DNA of 64,000 nucleotides. It comes from Candidatus Omnitrophota bacterium. Lineage in GTDB: Bacteria > Omnitrophota > Gorgyraeia > Zapsychrales > Fredricksoniimonadaceae. Position 1 is the stretch's first letter, and the number at the start of each line of letters is the position of its first letter. The translations under genes were made by a program, and so were the position numbers. The stretch is taken from positions 128,665-192,664 of the forward strand of contig JAGWKL010000002.1 of the NCBI GenBank assembly GCA_028865345.1, in the 5' to 3' direction. Of the stretch, positions 1 through 10,374 are shown piece after piece. Below the pieces are notes generated by a model, which had not been told where the DNA came from, did not search any database, and saw nothing but the letters and a program-made list of their open reading frames with translations.

Positions 1-186
1 TTAAAGAAGATTCCTGGACAGGGGTTGACGGCTTGCCTCCCCAGGCGGATTTCGCCTGCTCTTTGGGGCGGAGTATAAGCTGATTATATTTTTCTTGTAA
101 TGGAAACATTATTATGAATAAAAATCTCGAAGGCAGCTATAATCTTAAATAAGAAAGAATGTATTGGCAAGGAATATCTATAAAGA

Positions 187-1443
187 ATGCAGATCAGCCA
201 CAATAAGGGCGTGAAGATTTCACTCAACACTCAAATTTTCTTAGGCGCTTTCCTGGGAGTTGTTTTCGGCATCATTTTAGGCCATACCGGCCTTCTTTTA
301 CCGTCGACAGCTTCCTGGTTCCTGTCCGGTTTTGGCCTTTTAGGCAAAATTTTTATCGACCTGCTGAAGGTGATCATGGTGCCGGTGGTGTTCACCTCCA
401 TTGCCGCCGGCATTGCCAACCTCAGGAATGCCCCCCAATCCGGGCGGGCCTGGCCTGCGCTCATCCTCTATTCCCTGACTACGACCTGCCTTGCCGCCGC
501 AACCGGCCTGACAGCCATGAATTTGATCAAACCCGGAGTAGGACTTAACACCCATTTGTTCCAGGAAAACATGCCGCCTTCCGGCCTTCATTCCCTTACT
601 GTCGGTGATTTTATCCGTAAACTCATCGAGGGCATCTTTACCCACCCGCTGGCCGCCGTGGGCCAGAACAACATTCTTGCCGTGATCATGCTCGCCCTGT
701 TGACCGGTATCGCCATCGTCCTTCTGGGAGAGCGAAGTCGAACCACCGTCAAAGCGCTCAACAAGCTCTTTGAGATCATGATGACCATAGTGCGCTGGAT
801 CATGGTCCTTGCACCTGCGGGCATCATGGGGCTTTTGGCTGTGCTCATCGCCCGCCAAAAGGTCCAACTGCTTTTTGTTTTGAGCAAATACATCCTTGTG
901 GTGATGGGCACGACTTTTTTTCACGGGGCCGTGACCTTGCCGGTCATCCTATGGCTGACCACCAGAATGTCACCGCACCGTTTTTTAATGGGAATGAAGG
1001 AGGCGTTCATCACCGCGTTTGCCACCAGCTCATCGACCGCCACCCTGCCTGTCAGCCTGCGCTGCATCACGGACAATCTGGGAATCGACAGGCATGTGGC
1101 CCGCTTTGTGCTGCCGGTAGGCGCCGCTCTGAACATGGACGGGACCGCCATGTACGAGGCCATGGCTGCGCTTTTCGTGGCCAATCTATGCGGGATCCAC
1201 CTTTCCCTGCCTGCCCAGATCATCGTGGTCCTGACGGCGATGACGGCCTCCATCGGAGCGCCGGGCCTGCCCAGCGCCGGCATGGTGACGATGATGATGG
1301 TCCTGCAGTCCGTCGGCCTGCCGCTGTCGGCCTTGGGGCTTCTGATTGCCATTGACCGGCCCCTGGACACGGGACGAACGGTGGTCAACGTAGAGGGGGA
1401 TTGTATCGGCGCTTGTGTGGTGCAGCGGGTGGCGGGACGTTAA
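187..1443 (+). CDS. Dicarboxylate/amino acid:cation symporter (DAACS/SDF family)
   Basis: Multi-TM protein with the family motifs AFATSSSTATLP, LPVGAALNMDGTAMYE and SIGAPGLPSAG. Confidence 0.92.
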   Translation: MQISHNKGVKISLNTQIFLGAFLGVVFGIILGHTGLLLPSTASWFLSGFGLLGKIFIDLLKVIMVPVVFTSIAAGIANLRNAPQSGRAWPALILYSLTTTCLAAATGLTAMNLIKPGVGLNTHLFQENMPPSGLHSLTVGDFIRKLIEGIFTHPLAAVGQNNILAVIMLALLTGIAIVLLGERSRTTVKALNKLFEIMMTIVRWIMVLAPAGIMGLLAVLIARQKVQLLFVLSKYILVVMGTTFFHGAVTLPVILWLTTRMSPHRFLMGMKEAFITAFATSSSTATLPVSLRCITDNLGIDRHVARFVLPVGAALNMDGTAMYEAMAALFVANLCGIHLSLPAQIIVVLTAMTASIGAPGLPSAGMVTMMMVLQSVGLPLSALGLLIAIDRPLDTGRTVVNVEGDCIGACVVQRVAGR

Positions 1444-2291
1444 TCGAAAACAACCGTCTTATTGCCGTAACAAAGGATCTTTTGTTCCAGGTGCCGGCGC
1501 ACGGCGCGGCTTAAAACGAGCTTTTCTAAGTCTTCCCCTTTTCTTTTTAAATCTTCGAGGGAATCACGGTGGCTGACAGCGACGGTATCCTGGGCGATGA
1601 TGGGGCCCTCGTCCAGGCCTTCGGTCACATAATGAGATGTTGCTCCAATCACCTTCACCCCTTTTTGATAGGCCTGCAAATAGGGATTGCTCCCGGCAAA
1701 GGCCGGCAAAAAGGAATGGTGGATATTGATGATCTGCGACGGATATGAATCGACAAATTGCCCGGTGAAGATTTGATGGTACCTGGCCAGGACGACCAGG
1801 TCGATCTTGTTGGCTTTCAGCATCTGTTTCTGCTTTTGCTCCTGGCCGGTTTTATTGGCCCGCTCCACATGGAATTCAAAAAATGGGATATGAAAATCCC
1901 TGGCCGGCGTCCGGGCGTCGGGATGGTTGCTTATGATGAGCGGGATCTCGCAAAAAAGCTGGCCGGTCTTATGGCGGTATAACAGATCATACAAACAATG
2001 CAAATGCTTGCTGACGAAAACGGCAACGCGCAGCTTTTGATCTGAAAATGAAAGCCTCCAGTCCATCTTAAATGTTTCAGCGATGGCCGAAAAAGCCGGA
2101 TGGACATCGTTCCTTTCGAGCTTAAAACCTTCCAGAGACCATTCGATACGCATGAAAAAGGTATTGCTCTGCTCATCGATGTGCTGGTCGGCATGGACGA
2201 TGTTACCCTGGTGTTGAAAGACGAAATTGGTAACTGCGGCGGTGATACCTTTTTGGTCCGGGCAGGAAATCAGCAATATGGCGTGATTCAT
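1440..2291 (-). CDS. purU: Formyltetrahydrofolate deformylase
   Basis: N-terminal ACT domain (CPDQKGI), INIHHSFLPAFAG, GATSHYVT and a C-terminal NKTVVF; start placed at MNHAILL. Confidence 0.95.
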   Translation of the reverse strand: MNHAILLISCPDQKGITAAVTNFVFQHQGNIVHADQHIDEQSNTFFMRIEWSLEGFKLERNDVHPAFSAIAETFKMDWRLSFSDQKLRVAVFVSKHLHCLYDLLYRHKTGQLFCEIPLIISNHPDARTPARDFHIPFFEFHVERANKTGQEQKQKQMLKANKIDLVVLARYHQIFTGQFVDSYPSQIINIHHSFLPAFAGSNPYLQAYQKGVKVIGATSHYVTEGLDEGPIIAQDTVAVSHRDSLEDLKRKGEDLEKLVLSRAVRRHLEQKILCYGNKTVVFD

Positions 2292-2333
2292 ATTCCGGCT
2301 ACTATAGCACATCCGAGCCAAAACAGGAATAGA

Positions 2334-3326
2334 TTACTTAAAACTCTGCAGGGCCTTCATGTAATTGGCCCGTTCAAAGGCCTTGGGGTCAGCGCAGGAT
2401 TTCTGGCTCATGCTGCCCTGCATCTGGGAGACGGAAACATATTCATGCTCCTCCATCCACTGCCGGGCGCCCTCAAGGATTTTTTTCAACTGCGGGATGC
2501 CGTTTTGAAGGAGAGCCGAACACAGCATGGTCACGTCGCTGCCTGCCATGAGCATCTTAATGACATCCTCGGGTCCGTGAATCCCGCCGGTGGCGGCTAA
2601 ATTGGCCTTGATCTGCCCGTACAGGATGGCCACCCAACGCAAAGGCAAACGCATGGCCTGCGGCGTGCTCAAAAGCACATTAGGCACCACGGCCAAATTG
2701 GACAGATCAATGTCCGGCTGATAAAAGCGGTTGAACAGGACCAGGGCATCAGCCCCGGCCTCATCCAGGCGTTTGGCCATATTGGCCATGGAACTGAAGA
2801 ACGGGCTTATCTTGACCGCCACCGGAATAACAACGTTTGACTTAACAGACTTCAGAACCTCCAGATAAATGTTCTCAACGTCCTGGCCGGAAATTTGAGG
2901 GTCTGTGGCCAGAAAATAAATATTCAACTCCAACGCGTCGGCGCCGGCTTGTTGAATATGCTTGGCGTAGGTCACCCATCCTCCTTCAGAATGGGCATTA
3001 AGGCTTGCAATAATGGGGATGTCCACCGCCTTTTTGGCCTTATAAATATGCTCAAGATAATCATCCGGGTCGATATCGTATTGCAACGGTTTGGGGAAAT
3101 AGGTCAATGATTCGGCAAAACTTTCGGTGCCGGCGGTCAAATAATGGTCAAGTTCGTAAATTTCATGGGTGATCTCTTCTTCGAACAGGGAATAATTAAC
3201 GATGGCCGCGGCCCCTGCGTCTTCCAGCTTTTTAAGATTGTCCAAACTTTTAGAAAGCGGGGAAGCTGACGCAATGACCGGATTTTTCAGCTTTAACCCC
3301 ATGTAGGTCGTCGACAGGTCTATCAT
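2334..3326 (-). CDS. Dihydroorotate dehydrogenase-like FMN protein (PFOR-associated)
   Basis: LKNPVIASASP, ADALELN, VAVKISP, FNRFYQPDID and FERANYMKAL; lies directly downstream of PFOR. Confidence 0.85.
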   Translation of the reverse strand: MIDLSTTYMGLKLKNPVIASASPLSKSLDNLKKLEDAGAAAIVNYSLFEEEITHEIYELDHYLTAGTESFAESLTYFPKPLQYDIDPDDYLEHIYKAKKAVDIPIIASLNAHSEGGWVTYAKHIQQAGADALELNIYFLATDPQISGQDVENIYLEVLKSVKSNVVIPVAVKISPFFSSMANMAKRLDEAGADALVLFNRFYQPDIDLSNLAVVPNVLLSTPQAMRLPLRWVAILYGQIKANLAATGGIHGPEDVIKMLMAGSDVTMLCSALLQNGIPQLKKILEGARQWMEEHEYVSVSQMQGSMSQKSCADPKAFERANYMKALQSFK

Positions 3327-3337
3327 ACTCTCGCTCC

Positions 3338-6300
3338 TTACGGCGCCGGCGCATCGGAAGCCATGGCGCTATAGATCCTCCAGCGTTCGTTGACATCCTG
3401 CTGGGCCAGGGCCGCCAATTTTTTGGCCCCCTCCGGATCCGTTTTACTGAGCATCTTAAAACGGTTTTCCATGTTCAAGAATTCCTGTAGGAACCCTTTG
3501 GGCGCTGCGGAATCCAACGTCAACGGGTTTTTGCCTTCTCTGATCAGGCCGGGATTATACCGGAACAAGGGCCAATATCCTGTGCTCACCGCCGCCTTCT
3601 GGTCCTGCATAGCGGTCGTCATGTTGATGCCATGGGCGATGCAATGGCTGTAGGCGATGATGAGCGACGGGCCGTCATAGGCCTCAGCTTCGAGAAAGGT
3701 TTTGAGCGTATGCTCGTCTTTGGCGCCCATGGAAACCGAAGCCACATACACATAGCCATAGGTCATGGCCATCCGCGCGAGGTCTTTCTTGGGCAAAGAT
3801 TTTCCTGCCGCCGCAAATTTGGCAACGGCCGAGCGCGACGTGGATTTGGAGGCCTGGCCTCCGGTATTGGAGTAGACCTCGGTATCAAGCACCAGGATAT
3901 TGACGTTGCGTCCTGAAGAAATGACATGGTCCAGGCCGCCGTAGCCGATATCATAGGCCCAGCCGTCCCCGCCGATGATCCATACGCTTTTCTTGACCAG
4001 CATATCGGCGACAGACAGCAATATTTTGGCATCCGCGGACGGATTATTTCGCAATTTTTCTTTAAGGACCTGTACGCGGCCGCGCTGTTGAAATATTTCG
4101 GCTTCATCGGTTTGCCGGGCATGGATGATCTCTTCAACCAGGGACGCGCCCAGCAGAGTTTCCAATTTCTTCACATACTCGCAAGCCATCTCTTTTTGCT
4201 TGTCGATGGAAATCCTGAAGCCCAGCCCGAACTCGGCATTGTCCTCGAAGAGCGAATTGCTCCACGCCGGCCCCCTGCCTTCATTGTTCTTTGTGTACGG
4301 CGTCGTCGGCAAATTTCCTCCGTAGATCGATGAACAGCCCGTGGCATTGGCAATGACCATACGGTCCCCGAAGAGCTGGGTGGCAAGTTTGATATACGGC
4401 GTTTCCCCGCAACCGGCGCAAGCGCCTGAGAATTCAAACAAAGGCTGCAACGTTTGGGCGGACCGGATGGCGCTCTTTTTGACCAGATTACGGTCCACAT
4501 CAGGGATATTTAAAAAGAACTCCCAATTTTTCCTTTCTTCTTCCCGCAGGGGCTCCTGGGGCTTCATGTTCAGGGCCTTGAATTTGGTCTCCGACTTATT
4601 TTTGACGGGACAAACGTCGACGCATATACCGCAACCCGTACAATCTTCGGGCGCCACTTGAATGGTGTATTTCATCCCCGACCATTCGCGGTCCTTGGCC
4701 TCCATGCTTTTGAAGGTGGACGGACTTTCCCGCAAATATTTATTGTCGTACGCCTTGATGCGGATGACCGCATGAGGGCAGACCATGGCGCATTTGCCGC
4801 ATTGGATGCAAATGGCGTTGTCCCAGACAGGGATTTCCTGGGCGATGTTGCGTTTTTCCCATTTGGTGGTGCCGACGGGATAGGTGCCGTCGCAGGGCAG
4901 GGCGCTGACAGGAACCGCCTCGCCGCGGCCTTTGATCATCTCATAGGTCACCTTGCGCACGAATTCCGGCGCTTCATCCGGGATTTTATGGTTAAGCTCT
5001 ACCGTGCTCGTGACCTGTGATGGGGCCTTGACTTCATGCAAGTTGGCCAGCGTATTGTCCACCGCCTCATAATTTTTCTTTAAGATCTCCTCGCCTTTTT
5101 TGCCGTAGGCTTTTTTGATGGATTCCTTGATGGCGGCAATGGCTTCGTCCTTGGGAAGGACACCTGAAATGGCAAAAAAGCAGGTCTGCATGATCGTATT
5201 GATCCTGCCTCCCATTCCCGATTTCCCTGCCACGCTGTAGGCATCAATGACAAAGAACCGTAATTTTTTGTCCCTGATCATCTGGGCCGTCAGGCGCGGG
5301 ATATGTTGCCAAACCGCCTCGGGACCATGATGGCTGTTCAAAAGGAATATCCCCTCTTCTTGGATCCCTTGAAGAACATCCATGGTCTCCAAAAATTGCG
5401 ACTGATGGCAGGCCACAAAATTGGCCTTATTGATAAGGTAGGTCGAATGAATGGGCTTAGGGCCAAAGCGCAGGTGAGACACGGTCATGGACCCTGATTT
5501 TTTGGAATCATAGACAAAGTAGCCCTGGGCAAAAAGCGGCGTGTTCTCGCCGATGATCTTGATGGAATTCTTGTTGGCGCTGACCGTCCCGTCCGCACCC
5601 AACCCATAGAAAATGGCCCTCACTCCGGCCTGGCTTTCGATGTTAAAGTTCTGGTCATAGTCCAGGCTGGTATGGGAAAGGTCATCATTAATACCGACGG
5701 TAAAATGATTTTTAGGTTGGGCTTTAAGCAACTCATCAAAAACGCCCTTGACCATGGCCGGCGTAAATTCCTTGGACGAGATCCCGTACCTGCCGCCGAT
5801 GACCTTGGGCAGGCGCTCAAAACGGCTTGCCCCGCATTCCACGAGGGCATTGACAACATCCAGATACAACGGCTCGCTGCTTCCCGGCTCCTTGGTCCTG
5901 TCCAAAACAGCGATCGAGGTCACCGACTTGGGCAAAGCCTCCACAAAAGCTTCCTTGGCAAAAGGCCGGTACAGACGGACCTTCAGCACGCCGACCTTTT
6001 GGCCTAATAAATGGTCCACCGTGTCCTGGCAGGTTTCGGCGCCGGACCCCATGATGACCACGACCCGCTTGGCATCTGTTTCACCGTAATATTGGAACAG
6101 TTTATACTGGCGACCCGTGAGTTGCGCAAAGGTGTCCATGGCTTTTTGCACGATGCCTGGACAGGCCTGATAAAAAGGATTGACGGTCTCGCGGGACTGA
6201 AAATGCACGTCCGGATTCTGGGCCGTGCCGCGGATGACCGGAGCATCCGGCGTCAACCGGCGCCGGCGATGGGCCAGGACAAGATCTTCATCGATCATGG

Positions 6301-6880
6301 CCCGTATATCGTCCATGGAAAGTTGTTCGATCTTGGCCACCTCATGAGAAGTGCGGAACCCGTCGAAGAAATGGACAAAAGGGATGCGGGCCTCCAGGGT
6401 CGCGGCCTGGGAGATCAAGGCCATATCCATGACTTCCTGGACCGAAGCCGAGCACAGCATGGCAAAACCGGTCATGCGCGCGGCCATCACATCCTGATGG
6501 TCGCCGAAAATGGAAAGCCCCTGGGTGGCCAGGGAACGGGCGGCGATATGGAACACCGTTGAAGAAAGTTCTCCGGCGATCTTATACATGTTGGGAAGCA
6601 TAAGAAGCAGGCCCTGGGAACAGGTAAAAGTGGTCGTCAAGGCTCCGGTTTGCAGCGCGCCGTGGACGGCTCCGGCCACCCCTGCCTCGCTTTGCATTTC
6701 CTGCACCAGAGGGGTCGTCCCCCAAATATTCTTCTTGCTGGCGCTGTTCCATTCATCAGCCCACTCGCCCATCGGTGAAGAAGGGGTTATCGGATAAATG
6801 GCGATCACCTCATTGACCGCAAAAGCAACATACGCCGCCGCCTCATTACCATCAATCGTCACTTGTTTGCGTTGTGCCAT
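3338..6880 (-). CDS. nifJ: Pyruvate:ferredoxin (flavodoxin) oxidoreductase
   Basis: IYPITPSS, MQSEAG, two CxxCxxCxxxCP ferredoxin motifs, GACAGCGE and the TPP motif GGDGWAYDIG; 1180 aa. Confidence 0.97.
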   Translation of the reverse strand: MAQRKQVTIDGNEAAAYVAFAVNEVIAIYPITPSSPMGEWADEWNSASKKNIWGTTPLVQEMQSEAGVAGAVHGALQTGALTTTFTCSQGLLLMLPNMYKIAGELSSTVFHIAARSLATQGLSIFGDHQDVMAARMTGFAMLCSASVQEVMDMALISQAATLEARIPFVHFFDGFRTSHEVAKIEQLSMDDIRAMIDEDLVLAHRRRRLTPDAPVIRGTAQNPDVHFQSRETVNPFYQACPGIVQKAMDTFAQLTGRQYKLFQYYGETDAKRVVVIMGSGAETCQDTVDHLLGQKVGVLKVRLYRPFAKEAFVEALPKSVTSIAVLDRTKEPGSSEPLYLDVVNALVECGASRFERLPKVIGGRYGISSKEFTPAMVKGVFDELLKAQPKNHFTVGINDDLSHTSLDYDQNFNIESQAGVRAIFYGLGADGTVSANKNSIKIIGENTPLFAQGYFVYDSKKSGSMTVSHLRFGPKPIHSTYLINKANFVACHQSQFLETMDVLQGIQEEGIFLLNSHHGPEAVWQHIPRLTAQMIRDKKLRFFVIDAYSVAGKSGMGGRINTIMQTCFFAISGVLPKDEAIAAIKESIKKAYGKKGEEILKKNYEAVDNTLANLHEVKAPSQVTSTVELNHKIPDEAPEFVRKVTYEMIKGRGEAVPVSALPCDGTYPVGTTKWEKRNIAQEIPVWDNAICIQCGKCAMVCPHAVIRIKAYDNKYLRESPSTFKSMEAKDREWSGMKYTIQVAPEDCTGCGICVDVCPVKNKSETKFKALNMKPQEPLREEERKNWEFFLNIPDVDRNLVKKSAIRSAQTLQPLFEFSGACAGCGETPYIKLATQLFGDRMVIANATGCSSIYGGNLPTTPYTKNNEGRGPAWSNSLFEDNAEFGLGFRISIDKQKEMACEYVKKLETLLGASLVEEIIHARQTDEAEIFQQRGRVQVLKEKLRNNPSADAKILLSVADMLVKKSVWIIGGDGWAYDIGYGGLDHVISSGRNVNILVLDTEVYSNTGGQASKSTSRSAVAKFAAAGKSLPKKDLARMAMTYGYVYVASVSMGAKDEHTLKTFLEAEAYDGPSLIIAYSHCIAHGINMTTAMQDQKAAVSTGYWPLFRYNPGLIREGKNPLTLDSAAPKGFLQEFLNMENRFKMLSKTDPEGAKKLAALAQQDVNERWRIYSAMASDAPAP

Positions 6881-6904
6881 ACGAAGACCTCTTTCTGCAA
6901 ATTC

Positions 6905-6950
6905 AAAATAAAAAAAGCACGCGACCGTTTTTAGTATAAACGCACGTACT
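6905..6950 (-). terminator. Terminator-like hairpin and U-tract in the PFOR upstream region
   Basis: On the minus strand, AGTACGTG-CGTTT pairs with AAACG-GT-CGCGTGCT and is followed by TTTTTTATTTT, ending about 25 nt before the nifJ ATG. Confidence 0.5.
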
Positions 6951-7036
6951 GATGCTTTAAATGAGTAGTTATGGGGAAATTGCTACGTAGTATTACTTAA
7001 GATAGACCGTTTCTCTGATAAAATCAGGACAGCAGT

Positions 7037-7059
7037 GCCTGTCCCCAGGCTCGGGGACA
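7037..7059. repeat. Short palindromic element (GCCTGYCCCC..GGGG family), intergenic copy
   Basis: GCCTGTCCCC-AGGCTC-GGGGACA; similar copies at 24933, 27788 and 61198. Confidence 0.7.
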
Positions 7060-7083
7060 TTTCCAGGAAGGCGCTTTAAGCCA

Positions 7084-7788
7084 TCACCAGGCAGTTTCTT
7101 TCCGGTCGCTGAAAATTTTGCCCGTGGGGCCGCCGTCCGGCAGCGTGGCAAGCCACACGGCCGTGTCCGCGCCTTCTTCCACTGAACGATTAGCACCAGG
7201 ACCGCCCATGCGTGTCTTGACCCAGCCCGGGCACATGCTGTTGACCAATATGTTTGTGCCCGCAAGTTCGGCCGCTAAAACCCTGGTCATGGCATTGATC
7301 GCCGTCTTGGACATGCGGTAGGCAGGATAACCGCCTCCCATATTATGCAATTGCCCGAGACCGCTTGAAATATTGACGATGCGCCCATAGTTGTTCTTTT
7401 TCATGAGTGGCACTAAGGCCTGGCAAAGTAAATAGGGAGCGTAGACATTCGTTTCCATGGTCTGGCGCACGGTGGCCAGGTCCGTATTAAAAAAATTCCC
7501 GCCCTGGGAGTCAAGAAAAATACCGGCATTGTTGACCAAACCGTCACAACCGCCGAATTCTTTGGAAAGAAAGTTTGATAATGCCAGAACCTGCGAGGGG
7601 TTGGTCACATCCAGCGGATGATAACGGACGGACAATTCGTGTTTATTAAGATCGCTGACGGCCTGAAGGCCGTCTTTTTCAATGCGGGAGGTCAGGACAA
7701 CGATCATATCCATCCTGGCCAACTGACGGCAGATCTCCTGCCCTATTCCGCGGTTACCTCCGGTTACGACGATAACTCGTTCTTTCAT
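7084..7788 (-). CDS. SDR family oxidoreductase (carbonyl reductase-like)
   Basis: TGGNRGIG, NNAG, catalytic YRMSK and CPGWVKT; AAGGAGG SD before MKERVIV. Confidence 0.92.
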   Translation of the reverse strand: MKERVIVVTGGNRGIGQEICRQLARMDMIVVLTSRIEKDGLQAVSDLNKHELSVRYHPLDVTNPSQVLALSNFLSKEFGGCDGLVNNAGIFLDSQGGNFFNTDLATVRQTMETNVYAPYLLCQALVPLMKKNNYGRIVNISSGLGQLHNMGGGYPAYRMSKTAINAMTRVLAAELAGTNILVNSMCPGWVKTRMGGPGANRSVEEGADTAVWLATLPDGGPTGKIFSDRKETAW

Positions 7789-7845
7789 AAGCACCTCCTT
7801 CAACCATCTGCCATTTGTACCACAATCCGATGGGGACGGCAACGA

Positions 7846-8535
7846 TTAATCTTTCCAGCCGACGGCAGGCATGGCATCAGGTGATTGGACAGTCAGGGCA
7901 AAGACATCCGAATGCGGTAAATCTTCCAGCCAACTGTCGGAAACCAGGATGTCTTTCAGGGGTTGGGCAGGCTTAGGGTTGGCAAAACTGATATGGTACA
8001 AGGTACAATTGGGGCGGACCGGGTTAATACCGACCGGCCTGACTTTGACGCCATCCTGCACCCAAGTCATCGAGGGCATATGAAACCAGTCCCAAAAAAC
8101 GGGGGCCGACAATATCTTATAGGTCCCGTCCAGATAAACAAAGGTAACGGTCAATACGGCGTAATAATAGTTTTCACCATAAAGGCGCAGCAAATGGTCA
8201 TGGACATAACTATTGCCGTAATTGCCCGAAGCCAGAAAATCGATCCTATCGATCTTCATGCCGTGACGTATAGGCACGGGAAAAAATTTTTCATTGTCGA
8301 TAGCCAACCTGCCATAATCCGCCCAATCCGATGGACCTTTGACTAAAAAATCGATTCCGTCATAAGCCAGATACCTGCTGGCCAGATGATTTGATCCTGC
8401 GCCGCCGGCGGCAAAATTCTCCCTGGTTTTGGCCAGAAAATAGAAATCTCCCCGCGACTCCCACCGGGGAAGAGCCCCCCAGGCGTTTGTGAGAAAAAAG
8501 AAAATCATAAAGATCGCGCATGATGCCTTTTTCAT
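7846..8535 (-). CDS. Secreted hypothetical protein, predicted beta-sandwich domain
   Basis: Signal peptide ending AWG, beta-rich sequence and a C-terminal ANPKPAQPLKDI motif; 4 nt downstream of batD. Confidence 0.7.
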   Translation of the reverse strand: MKKASCAIFMIFFFLTNAWGALPRWESRGDFYFLAKTRENFAAGGAGSNHLASRYLAYDGIDFLVKGPSDWADYGRLAIDNEKFFPVPIRHGMKIDRIDFLASGNYGNSYVHDHLLRLYGENYYYAVLTVTFVYLDGTYKILSAPVFWDWFHMPSMTWVQDGVKVRPVGINPVRPNCTLYHISFANPKPAQPLKDILVSDSWLEDLPHSDVFALTVQSPDAMPAVGWKD

Positions 8536-8539
8536 GGTT

Positions 8540-10342
8540 TTAAATGCCTTTCAAGGCTTTCTCAAGGCGTGAAATTAAGTTCTGCACTTGGGCGAAATCT
8601 GTCCGCATCTGTGCGGTATCGCGATTGGCTCCGGCAAAACAAACCAAATCACTTTGTTCCAACAAGGATTTGATCTGCGCCCTGCTGTCTTCATCTAATT
8701 TAGCCTTCTGCAGACGGTTTAATATTTCATTCATGTTCAGGGCGGCGGCGGACTCGCCCCATTTATCAGCCAGAAAATCACGCAAGGCTTTTGACAAAAG
8801 CGCATAAAAATCCTTGGTCTTACCTGCTGATATTAAAGCCTGCGCCTGATTCAAAACCTCTCTGGCTTGCGCCCGCGCCTTAAGCCTGCGGGCAAAGGCG
8901 GGGTCACGGGCCAAGCGGTCTTGAAAGCGTCGCCATAAAAAATAAGAAATCCCCGCCGCAAGGACTATTCCAAAACCGGCCCAAAACCAGATTGACGCGG
9001 CAAGCTGTTTCAAAATTTGATAAATATCATTAAACATCTCCTCAAAAGAGAATTGCCCTGCAGTCGGGGCCGGCCCTTCTTTCGCCAAATTAGTAAACCC
9101 AACGGCCTTGAATTCCTGGCCCGGGGCAGGAGCCGTGACCCGGACGGCAAAAGGTCCCCGGGTGATCGTTCTATATTCTTTCAAAGCGGGATCAAAATAA
9201 GAAAAATGCAACGGCGGAACCTGTTTGATGGCCGTCGAAGTAGGAATGATGACCTCCTCAGCGGTCTTCCCGTTTTCCGTGTTCTTGACTTGAGGTTCAT
9301 AGGTCTTAAACCCTGGCGCTTGGGAAATAGGCATGGTCATGTCCTTAAAATTACCGCTGCCCTGCACCTGCATCTTTAAAGTTATGGGATCGCCGGCCTT
9401 GACCTGCGACGGAGAAACACTCGCGTGAAAATCAAAAGATGTCCCGATCGCGCCAGAGAAGTCCTTCGGACGGTCATTCTCCGGCAATGGAGAAACACGT
9501 AAAGCAATAGGTTGCGAGTTCACAACGACAGGACGGGCGGCGTAAGAATCAAAAAAACCGTTAAAGATATCCCCGCCGAAAATATCGTTGCTCTGGAAAG
9601 GACTGTTTTGGCCGGTCTTATAAAGCACATTGCCCTGGATGCGCACCGGCCCCAGGGTCAGGTTCCCCAACCGGTTGGGATAAAGATGGGTCTTAAACTC
9701 AATGACTTCATACTTCACTCCATTGATGATCTCGGAATTCTGCTCCGGTTTTTCAAAATCATCAACCGTAAAACCCTGCTGGTCAAATTGAGGGTACTGC
9801 ACATCCCGTAAAGGGACATCATTGACAAAAAGTTTGACCGTAAGGTCCAGGCGCTCATTCAAATACACATCAGTTCGATCAACGGACGCTTCCACGAGGA
9901 CTTTGTCTTTAAGGCTTTCCTCGCTGGGCGCCTGGGTAGAAGTCCCTTGGGTTTGGGACGATGTTTGAAGGACATCAACATCGATGGACTTTGTCGTATA
10001 CATCTGGCCGCCTATGGTTGCTGTGATGGGCGGAATTTGGAAATGGCCGGCCTTATTGGGAAATAAATCATAAATAAAGGAACGGGAGCTGCTGTAAACG
10101 CCGTTGACGATGGAGACGCTGGTGGAGGGGCCCAAATACTTGGCGGAAAATCCATCCACGGCCGGCAGGCTGATGGGGTTCAGATCATGGTTGACGCCGG
10201 TAAATGTCAACGTCAACTGCAAGACCTGGTCCATGGATATGCGGGAAGAATCGACCGTGGCCTCGAAGGTCACGGCGTCGGCCATCACAACAGGGCTTGC
10301 AGCCATCAATATAAGAAAACACAAAATAAATTTCTTCATCAT
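8540..10342 (-). CDS. batD: BatD family protein
   Basis: Signal peptide, repeated Ig-like BatD segments (FSGAIG, FSYFDP) and a C-terminal TM; position in the Bat operon. Confidence 0.85.
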   Translation of the reverse strand: MMKKFILCFLILMAASPVVMADAVTFEATVDSSRISMDQVLQLTLTFTGVNHDLNPISLPAVDGFSAKYLGPSTSVSIVNGVYSSSRSFIYDLFPNKAGHFQIPPITATIGGQMYTTKSIDVDVLQTSSQTQGTSTQAPSEESLKDKVLVEASVDRTDVYLNERLDLTVKLFVNDVPLRDVQYPQFDQQGFTVDDFEKPEQNSEIINGVKYEVIEFKTHLYPNRLGNLTLGPVRIQGNVLYKTGQNSPFQSNDIFGGDIFNGFFDSYAARPVVVNSQPIALRVSPLPENDRPKDFSGAIGTSFDFHASVSPSQVKAGDPITLKMQVQGSGNFKDMTMPISQAPGFKTYEPQVKNTENGKTAEEVIIPTSTAIKQVPPLHFSYFDPALKEYRTITRGPFAVRVTAPAPGQEFKAVGFTNLAKEGPAPTAGQFSFEEMFNDIYQILKQLAASIWFWAGFGIVLAAGISYFLWRRFQDRLARDPAFARRLKARAQAREVLNQAQALISAGKTKDFYALLSKALRDFLADKWGESAAALNMNEILNRLQKAKLDEDSRAQIKSLLEQSDLVCFAGANRDTAQMRTDFAQVQNLISRLEKALKGI

Positions 10343-10374
10343 ATTCCCTATTTCTTCGTTTTTCGTAAAGGGGT

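Noticed and set aside
25-79. TTGACG and TATAAG flanking a palindrome, suggesting a promoter split by an insertion
   Set aside because: The spacing is 43 nt and the insertion boundaries cannot be defined without an ortholog.
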